Shown piece by piece: positions 58,571-64,000 of a stretch of 64,000 nt of DNA; the stretch's first letter is position 1; the number at the start of each line of letters is the position of its first letter. The notes below the pieces were generated by a model. The model saw nothing but the letters and a program-made list of their open reading frames with translations. It ran no database searches and had not been told where the DNA came from. The DNA is taken from IMG/VR virus record IMGVR_UViG_3300014720_002669. The stretch is one strand, 5' to 3'. A program made the translations under genes and the position numbers. This DNA comes from a virus.

Positions 58571-58773
58571 TTGTTGTGGTGTTAGCAAGAAAAAGACACT
58601 CTACTATGGATTCTTCGAAGGTCCCGGTAGTGTAAAGCACAGGCGGCGTGATTCCGTGCAAAAACTAAGTAATCAATCTGTGGTTGAGTATCCCAAGTAA
58701 CGTACCGAGTCCCGCATGCAAATCCGGTAAAGGGTGAATGGTGCCAATAACGATGGTGGCACTACTGCAACAA
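58571..58773 (+). ncRNA. stem-bracketed structured RNA between tRNA-Leu and tRNA-Arg
   Basis: TTGTTGTGGT/ACTGCAACAA closing stem; internal GTGCCA/TGGCAC and a UUCG hairpin. Confidence 0.5.
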
Positions 58774-58784
58774 ATTCAATTCAT

Positions 58785-58859
58785 GCCCCTGTCGTTCAAC
58801 GGATAGGATACCATGCTACGAACGTGGGGACGGAGGTTCGATTCCTTCCAGGGGTACCA
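58785..58859 (+). tRNA. tRNA-Arg(ACG)
   Basis: Cloverleaf; CCA. Confidence 0.9.
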
Positions 58860-58935
58860 TATAAAAACACATTGTATTTACAGAGTAGCGAGGTCTGTCT
58901 TAAGGGTTGCTCCCGTCAATGTGTTTTTATATGGT
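58856..58935 (+). repeat. 19-bp perfect inverted repeat linking tRNA-Arg and tRNA-His
   Basis: ACCATATAAAAACACATTG / CAATGTGTTTTTATATGGT. Confidence 0.85.
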
Positions 58936-59007
58936 GCAGTTAGTTTAGTGGTAAAACCGCGGGTTGTGATTCCGCTGTCACGAGTTCGATTCTCGTACTG
59001 TACCCCA
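58933..59007 (+). tRNA. tRNA-His(GTG)
   Basis: G-1:C73; CCA. Confidence 0.9.
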
Positions 59008-59010
59008 TGT

Positions 59011-59210
59011 ATATTGATTTCGGCGTGTGAAAAACTCATTGACTATGGGCCCAACTGCCAGGGACACTACTTGCTATCCAGAGCCGCTGACCGGGCGAGA
59101 GCCGCGTGGACTGCTAGTCACAGTCGAAGTCATGTTGCTGGAAGGACGACAGCGTAGCCTTTTTGCTGTGTTGTGTACCTTTAAACGCAGGGCAGTGCCG
59201 AATTCAATAT
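59011..59210 (+). ncRNA. stem-bracketed structured RNA between tRNA-His and tRNA-fMet
   Basis: ATATTGATTTCGGC / GCCGAATTCAATAT; GC-rich interior. Confidence 0.55.
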
Positions 59211-59223
59211 AAATAAAACACGA

Positions 59224-59298
59224 CGCAGAGTGGAGAAGTAGTATCTCACCAGGCTCATAACCTGGGGACCGGCGGTGCGAATCCGTCCTCTGCAACCA
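59224..59298 (+). tRNA. initiator-like tRNA-fMet(CAT)
   Basis: C1-A72 mismatch; loop CT CAT AA. Confidence 0.85.
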
Positions 59299-59344
59299 AA
59301 TTCGCCAGTGTGGTATAAATACCACACTAGGTTTTCAAAGCAGG

Positions 59345-59373
59345 TTGACCTGCAATGGTAAATACACTATAAT
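59345..59373 (+). promoter_or_regulatory. sigma70 promoter for leader 2, with a TAAATA inside the spacer
   Basis: TTGACC-17-TATAAT. Confidence 0.85.
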
Positions 59374-59380
59374 AGGAACT

Positions 59381-59491
59381 ATGATGAAACAACAATTCTG
59401 TTCAATGTCCAAGCCCACAACACTCCAGGCATCCGTCTGGCTGTTGGCCAATGGCTCAGCGAACAGCATTCCAGGAGAACCGGGGTTCTGA
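59381..59491 (+). CDS. putative attenuator leader peptide 2 (36 aa, MMKQQFCSMSKPTTLQASVWLLANGSANSIPGEPGF)
   Basis: Starts at about +1; its last codons CCGGGGTTCT are complementary to terminator arm AGAACCCTGG. Confidence 0.6.
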   Translation: MMKQQFCSMSKPTTLQASVWLLANGSANSIPGEPGF

Positions 59492-59515
59492 TTAGACTAT
59501 ATTCGTATATCTACC

Positions 59516-59553
59516 AAGAACCCTGGAACTAGACACTCCAGGGTTTTTCTTTT
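59516..59553 (+). terminator. intrinsic terminator / attenuator 2
   Basis: AAGAACCCTGGA actagacac TCCAGGGTTTTT CTTTT. Confidence 0.85.
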
Positions 59554-59654
59554 AGTGCAATGGCAACGCGAGCCGGTATCACTCAAAACTACAAATGTGG
59601 GCGGCCCGGAGGATGGGAAGCTAGTGGTGAAAACGCTAGTGGTAAAATTCCGGA

Positions 59655-59721
59655 GTATCAAAGCATATTCGATGTGCCCATAGCACATAGAAACATCCGA
59701 AACGTGAATATGCTTTGATAC
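59655..59721 (+). repeat. 16-bp perfect inverted repeat element
   Basis: GTATCAAAGCATATTC / GAATATGCTTTGATAC. Confidence 0.8.
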
Positions 59722-59752
59722 ACACACTGGCAACAGTGTGTCTATAATAGAT

Positions 59753-59826
59753 TCCGGTGTAGTATAATGGCAGTGCGGCGGTCTCCAAAACCGCTAGTGG
59801 GAGTTCGATTCTCTCCATCGGAGCCA
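59753..59826 (+). tRNA. tRNA-Trp(CCA)
   Basis: Cloverleaf; CCA. Confidence 0.9.
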
Positions 59827-59834
59827 TAAAATTT

Positions 59835-59909
59835 GGGCTGTTAGTGATAATGGGAGCACGAGGCCTTTGCACGGCTTAGGTGGGAGTTCGATTCTCCCAC
59901 GGTCCACCA
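59835..59909 (+). tRNA. tRNA-Ala(TGC)
   Basis: G3-U70; CCA. Confidence 0.9.
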
Positions 59910-59931
59910 AACATGATATAAGTATTCACAA

Positions 59932-60021
59932 GGAACGTGGGCCGGATGGTAAGGCACGGGATTGCTAATCCCGCGGTGGTGACGAGCCGCTGATAGGGTT
60001 CGACTCCCTAACGTTCCGCCA
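59932..60021 (+). tRNA. tRNA-Ser(GCT)
   Basis: Long variable arm; G73. Confidence 0.9.
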
Positions 60022-60029
60022 AAAAATAT

Positions 60030-60105
60030 TCCCTAGTAGCACAGCGGTAGTTGCGCTTCACTGTTAATGAAGATGTCGTTCGTTCGATCCGAACCTAGGG
60101 AGCCA
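60030..60105 (+). tRNA. tRNA-Asn(GTT)
   Basis: Cloverleaf; CCA. Confidence 0.9.
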
Positions 60106-60122
60106 AATACAAAGGAAACAAG

Positions 60123-60290
60123 ATGTCTAACACATTTAGAACTACAAACGATCCAATGAAACATCACAGTGGCAAGCCCAGGCTGGGTCCACTGAATGTG
60201 GCACAACTGACCAAGATGTTGGAAAGTGCAAGACCAAAAAATCGCTCAAAGATTCAACGTGCAATAGATCAAAAACTCAAAAAGTCTTGA
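60123..60290 (+). CDS. small basic protein (55 aa, MSNTFRTTNDPMKHHSGKPRLGPLN...)
   Basis: AAGGA RBS; read from the sequence. Confidence 0.7.
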   Translation: MSNTFRTTNDPMKHHSGKPRLGPLNVAQLTKMLESARPKNRSKIQRAIDQKLKKS

Positions 60291-60298
60291 ACACACAC

Positions 60299-60372
60299 GC
60301 CCTACTAGTATAATGGCATTACACTGGTTTTGTAATCCTGTGATGGCAGTTCGATTCTGTCGTGGGGCACCA
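60299..60372 (+). tRNA. tRNA-Thr(TGT), weak anticodon stem
   Basis: Cloverleaf; two U-U mismatches. Confidence 0.75.
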
Positions 60373-60424
60373 ATTTTTTACCAAGGAGATCTGTCATGAA
60401 TAGTGACAAGAGTCACAAACCTAT

Positions 60425-60501
60425 GGGCCGATAGTTTAACGGCTAAAACATCCGGCTTTTACCCGGTAAGAGTCAGGGTTCGAATCCCTGTCGGCCCACC
60501 A
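60425..60501 (+). tRNA. tRNA-Lys(TTT)
   Basis: CCGG ct TTT ac CCGG; CCA. Confidence 0.9.
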
Positions 60502-60568
60502 TATGAAAACACACTAATTGTCCCACAGAGGCCATTTCTAATATCTGAATAGTGTGTTTCCGTATGGT
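60498..60568 (+). repeat. imperfect inverted repeat linking tRNA-Lys and tRNA-Met
   Basis: ACCATATGAAAACACACTA / TAGTGTGTTTCCGTATGGT. Confidence 0.8.
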
Positions 60569-60640
60569 AGTGTAGCATAATGGTAGTGCAGCACCTTCAT
60601 ACGGTGTCCAGTGAGAGTTCGACTCCCTCCATTACCACCA
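60566..60640 (+). tRNA. tRNA-Met(CAT)
   Basis: GCACC tt CAT ac GGTGT. Confidence 0.85.
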
Positions 60641-60645
60641 AATTA

Positions 60646-60720
60646 AGCCGCGTAACTCAGAGGCAGAGTAATCGCTTGATAAGCGATAAGTCGACATTTC
60701 GAAATTGTCCGTGGCTACCA
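60646..60720 (+). tRNA. tRNA-Ile(GAT)
   Basis: Cloverleaf; CCA. Confidence 0.85.
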
Positions 60721-60725
60721 GATAT

Positions 60726-60799
60726 TGGGGTATGGTGTAGTGATAGCACAACAGGCTTTGAACTTGTTGGTCTTGGTTTGATTCCAAGTACCCCTGCCA
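60726..60799 (+). tRNA. tRNA-Gln(TTG)
   Basis: Cloverleaf; mismatched 1-72 pair. Confidence 0.85.
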
Positions 60800-60845
60800 A
60801 ACCACGTAGACAAACAGTGATGTTTGTTGTATAATTACTATATAC

Positions 60846-60919
60846 GCGGCGTTCGTAAAATGGTATTACCCGATCCTTCCAAGTTCGCGTCGCGAGTTCG
60901 ATTCTCGCACGCCGCTCCA
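60846..60919 (+). tRNA. tRNA-Gly(TCC)
   Basis: U73; CCA. Confidence 0.9.
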
Positions 60920-60941
60920 TTTAACAACTGAAAGATCCAAC

Positions 60942-61163
60942 ATGGGAATAGAGAGTGCCGCAACGTTTTTGGTTTGCACAATTTTGCTGGGCTCGGGCGT
61001 CACAGTGATAGTGGGTGTGATCTTGTTGATCAACAACCTGTTGCATCGCTACTGGAAAGACCTGCACTGGAATTTGCCCGAGGCCTTGCACGGAATGCCA
61101 TATCATCGATACCAACAACACAATCTTGATCGCAGTCAAGAACCCCCTTTAGACCGGAAGTAA
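60942..61163 (+). CDS. small membrane protein
   Basis: N-terminal hydrophobic helix. Confidence 0.6.
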   Translation: MGIESAATFLVCTILLGSGVTVIVGVILLINNLLHRYWKDLHWNLPEALHGMPYHRYQQHNLDRSQEPPLDRK

Positions 61164-61218
61164 TACTGCTCTTCTGACGAGCCAAGTTCTTCTTGCACTT
61201 CCGATCTAACACTTTTAT

Positions 61219-61296
61219 CCGTGTGTAGCGCAGCCTGGTTAGCGCATCTGGTTTGGGACCAGAGGGTCGGGAGTTCGAATCTCTCTACACGGACCA
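61219..61296 (+). tRNA. tRNA-Pro(TGG)
   Basis: Cloverleaf; CCA. Confidence 0.9.
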
Positions 61297-61302
61297 TGAC
61301 AT

Positions 61303-61380
61303 GCAACGGTGGCGGAGTGGCCCAACGCATGGGATTGCAAATCCCAAAAACCGTGAGTTCGAATCTCACCCGTTGTTCCA
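61303..61380 (+). tRNA. tRNA-Cys(GCA)
   Basis: U73; CCA. Confidence 0.9.
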
Positions 61381-61388
61381 AAAACCTA

Positions 61389-61480
61389 GGAAGATGATGC
61401 AGGTGGGATGGTCCGCCGACTGGCCTTGAAAACCAGGTTCTCTTAACAGGGATGGGGTTCGACTCCTCCGTCTTCCGCCA
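61389..61480 (+). tRNA. tRNA-Ser(TGA) with an 8/4 fold
   Basis: 8-bp acceptor GGAAGATG/CGTCTTCC, 4-bp T-stem, 5-bp D-stem. Confidence 0.8.
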
Positions 61481-61504
61481 AATAAGTAAAAAGAGGAGCC
61501 TGTG

Positions 61505-61669
61505 ATGAAGCCAATCATATTTGAAAACAAAATTACACGCGAACGATTTATCTGTGACGACATCAGATTTCGACGAGTATTTGATGGCGTTGAATACATC
61601 TCTGTACATCGTGAAAACGAAACACGACAATTGCTGATGCGTCTAGACGCACTAACTCGTATCTCTTAA
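61505..61669 (+). CDS. small hypothetical protein (54 aa, MKPIIFENKITRERF...)
   Basis: GAGGAG RBS; read from the sequence. Confidence 0.7.
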   Translation: MKPIIFENKITRERFICDDIRFRRVFDGVEYISVHRENETRQLLMRLDALTRIS

Positions 61670-61743
61670 GCCTCGTTAATTTAATGGTAGAATGCCCTCC
61701 TTACAAGTGGGACACGGCAGTTCAATTCTGTCACGAGGTACCA
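61670..61743 (+). tRNA. tRNA-Val(TAC)
   Basis: Cloverleaf; CCA. Confidence 0.85.
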
Positions 61744-61819
61744 GCCACCATAGCAAAGATGGTCTATGCAGCGGACTGAAAATCCGTGGATCCTGGCTCG
61801 GTACCAGGTGGTGGCACCA
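61744..61819 (+). tRNA. tRNA-Phe(GAA), abutting tRNA-Val with no spacer
   Basis: GCGGA ct GAA aa TCCGT; atypical T-loop. Confidence 0.85.
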
Positions 61820-61866
61820 ATGAACCGTCCAACACAAATTCCCACCGGACCGGTGTAAATTCAATT

Positions 61867-61966
61867 ACAAATTCTGCTGGTGTGTGTTGGTACAGTGTAT
61901 CTAATTGAAACCCACGATCGGTACACCAGTAGGCTGGAGATACATTGGATTCTTTTGAGAATTTGT
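61867..61966 (+). ncRNA. candidate pseudoknotted RNA
   Basis: Two crossing 10-bp stems within a 9-bp closing stem. Confidence 0.5.
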
Positions 61967-62021
61967 TGTACAAAATGTTTATGTTTGACTGTGGTTTGAA
62001 TTGATGCACAGTGTATTTAAT

Positions 62022-62101
62022 GCCCCCATGGACAAATTGGCAAAGTCACTATCCTCAAAAGGGAGTATATGTTCTCAGTTCGAATCTGAGTGGGGGTACC
62101 A
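62022..62101 (+). tRNA. tRNA-Leu(CAA), short variable region
   Basis: Loop CT CAA AA; CCA. Confidence 0.8.
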
Positions 62102-62108
62102 TTCAAAT

Positions 62109-62185
62109 GCCCCGGTAGCCGAATTGGTATAGGCACTGTGTTGAGGTCGCAGGTTTTGTGAGTTCGAGTCTCACCCAGGGCACCA
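62109..62185 (+). tRNA. tRNA-Leu(GAG), short variable region
   Basis: CTGTG tt GAG gt CGCAG. Confidence 0.85.
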
Positions 62186-62191
62186 CGTCAA

Positions 62192-62267
62192 CTCTGTGTT
62201 GCGTAATCAGGTAGCGCACTGGCATGGGGTGCCAGCGGTCGAGGTTCAAATCCTCGTACAGAGACCA
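62192..62267 (+). tRNA. tRNA-Pro(GGG)
   Basis: CTGGC at GGG gt GCCAG. Confidence 0.85.
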
Positions 62268-62288
62268 CGTATAACTAAGAAAGATAAT

Positions 62289-62756
62289 ATGAAAAAACTA
62301 GACATTGATCAAGTGGCAGAATTTATTCGGGCTCAAACACCTGAAACTCGCATCTATCTAGGCTGTGATTCAGAACGTTTGCGCCTTGATGGACACTGGT
62401 ACGCTGACTATGTGTTGGCCATTGTGGTACACATCAACGGCAACAACGGGTGCAAGATCTTTGGTGAAGTACAGCGTGAGCCTGTGTGGGATCAAAAGCA
62501 ATCAAAGCCAGCCATGCGGCTAATGACCGAAGTGTACAAGGTATCAGAATTGTACTTGCGACTGGCCGAAGTGCTGGAAGGGCGTGATGTTGAAGTTCAC
62601 CTTGACATCAGTCCAGACCAAATGCACGGATCAAGTTGTGTGATCTCACAGGCCATAGGCTACATCAAAGGCACATGCAACGTGATTCCTTTTGTGAAGC
62701 CACATGCGTTTGCTGCCAGTTATGCTGCCGACCGATTCAAAGGACTGGCAGCATAG
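62289..62756 (+). CDS. RNase H-like YkuK-family protein
   Basis: IYLGCDS, RLMTEV, EVHLDI, KPHAFAASYAAD. Confidence 0.85.
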   Translation: MKKLDIDQVAEFIRAQTPETRIYLGCDSERLRLDGHWYADYVLAIVVHINGNNGCKIFGEVQREPVWDQKQSKPAMRLMTEVYKVSELYLRLAEVLEGRDVEVHLDISPDQMHGSSCVISQAIGYIKGTCNVIPFVKPHAFAASYAADRFKGLAA

Positions 62757-62766
62757 AAAAAATAAA

Positions 62767-62840
62767 GCAGGATTAGTTTAGGGGTAAAACAGAACGTTGC
62801 CAACGTCCAGTCACCAGTTCGATTCTGGTATCCTGCTCCA
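62767..62840 (+). tRNA. tRNA-Gly(GCC)
   Basis: Cloverleaf; U73. Confidence 0.85.
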
Positions 62841-62843
62841 ATT

Positions 62844-62917
62844 GCTCTTGTAGTTAAGTGGCATAACAAATCCATGGTAAGGATTAGTCGACAGTTCGAT
62901 TCTGTACTAGAGCACCA
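62844..62917 (+). tRNA. tRNA-Thr(GGT)
   Basis: AATCC at GGT aa GGATT. Confidence 0.85.
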
Positions 62918-62918
62918 G

Positions 62919-63620
62919 TTATTTCACAGTGGCCAATCTCAAGGCACTGAGCAAGCGGATGTACATCCAGCCAATATCAAACTCCCACCAGCGTCTGCTG
63001 AGTCGAGCACTGGCAGGATCAAGATGGTGATTGTTGTGTAGTTCTTCGCCACCGATCACAATGCCCCAAGGCACGATGTTACGGCTACGATCCTTTGTTT
63101 CTCCATTGCGGTATCCCCACCAGTGTCCAACACCGTTGACAACACCAGCGGCCCAGAATGGAATCCATAGCATTTGTATGCCCCAGATTATGGCGCCAAT
63201 CCAACCAAAGACGATGATGTTGAACACAAGGAGAATGCCAATGCCAAGTCTGGAGTGACTACTATATAGGTTGTGCTCAATCCAATCAGCAGGAGTGCCA
63301 ACACCATATGAATCAACCATGACTTTATCTTTTGATGCCACATGATATAACACCGCTCCTTTGAAAAAAACTTGTTTGATTCCATACACATGTGGGCTGT
63401 GCGGATCGCCTGACTCGTCGCTGAATCTGTGATGTTTGCGATGTACCGCTACCCATTGTTTCGTGACCATGCCAGTTGTGAGCCACAACCAAAATCTAAA
63501 AAAATGTGCCACCGCAGGATGAAACTGTACGCTTCTGTGTGCTTGGCTTCTGTGCAGGAAAAGTGTGACAGTCGCAATGGTGATGTGTGTTGCAATCAAT
63601 ATATACAATAGTTCAGTCAT
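62919..63620 (-). CDS. delta-9-type fatty acid desaturase
   Basis: His boxes HRSQAH, HRKHH, HNNHH; DPHSP. Confidence 0.92.
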   Translation of the reverse strand: MTELLYILIATHITIATVTLFLHRSQAHRSVQFHPAVAHFFRFWLWLTTGMVTKQWVAVHRKHHRFSDESGDPHSPHVYGIKQVFFKGAVLYHVASKDKVMVDSYGVGTPADWIEHNLYSSHSRLGIGILLVFNIIVFGWIGAIIWGIQMLWIPFWAAGVVNGVGHWWGYRNGETKDRSRNIVPWGIVIGGEELHNNHHLDPASARLSRRWWEFDIGWMYIRLLSALRLATVK

Positions 63621-63638
63621 ACGTTACTTAGCAAACAC

Positions 63639-63713
63639 CGGTCCTTGGTGAAATGGATATCATGCTTGTCTTCGAAACAAGCGGTGGCGGTTCGATCCCG
63701 TCAGGGCCGGCCA
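63639..63713 (+). tRNA. tRNA-Arg(TCG)
   Basis: CTTGT ct TCG aa ACAAG; CCA. Confidence 0.9.
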
Positions 63714-63817
63714 ATAGATTGTTTCAAATGCTGCCATTAAAAAATACAATGGCAAAACCCGTAGACCAGCGCCATTGCCATGCTATATACTAGTGATGTC
63801 ACTAATAGGAGGAACCC

Positions 63818-64000
63818 ATGACACAATCCGTAAAAGGAACCCGAACTGAATTGAATTTGAAAGAAGCATTTGCCGGTGAATCACAAGCCAATCGTAGATA
63901 CTTGTATTTTGCAAACATGGCTGACGTGGCCGGAGACAACGACATTGCTGCCTTGTTCCGTAGCACTGCTGAAGGTGAAACTGGACACGCTCATGGTCAC
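63818..64000 (+). CDS. rubrerythrin, 3'-truncated by the window
   Basis: AGGAGG RBS; NLKEAFAGESQANRRYLYFA...AEGETGHAHGH. Confidence 0.9.
   Translation, partial: MTQSVKGTRTELNLKEAFAGESQANRRYLYFANMADVAGDNDIAALFRSTAEGETGHAHGH

Noticed and set aside
61155-61203. Hammerhead ribozyme (CTGACGA inside a hairpin)
   Set aside because: No GAAA core or three-stem junction.
61389-61480. tRNA-Sec / selenocysteine system
   Set aside because: The anticodon is TGA (Ser), not TCA; no selA, selB or selD in the window.
57300-62300. ORF-track entries overlapping tRNAs (e.g. 57949, 58184, 58813, 60580, 61136)
   Set aside because: Shadows of tRNA and ncRNA genes without an RBS or protein-like composition.
1-64000. 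CRISPR array, integrase, transposase or rRNA
   Set aside because: No regularly spaced direct repeats or matching motifs seen.

Overview
64 kb from a large T4-like or jumbo dsDNA phage genome, probably with a proteobacterial host (inference). Almost all genes are on the + strand and use the standard code. 1-21.7 kb: the end of a ClpA-type ATPase, then late/virion-cargo genes behind TAAATA promoters. These include a 1653-aa polyvalent protein, a GIY-YIG endonuclease, Dps and a glycan-tailoring island. 22-48 kb: replication core (DsbA-like protein, family B polymerase, clamp-like protein, RNase H) interleaved with a 7-deazaguanine DNA-modification set (dpdA-like, dpdL-like, folE, queD, queE; no queC in the window) and with glycosyltransferases, six SGNH-like paralogs and B12 radical SAM enzymes. 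48-54 kb: small early genes. 54-64 kb: 31 tRNA genes covering all 20 amino acids, a permuted two-piece tmRNA with an aberrant tag, and many stem-bracketed structured RNAs between tRNAs. The most striking unexplained feature is two promoter / leader-peptide / antiterminator / terminator cassettes (57086-57270, 59345-59553) heading tRNA sub-clusters, which look like ribosome-mediated attenuators controlling phage tRNA supply. All calls come from reading motifs by eye; no searches were run.
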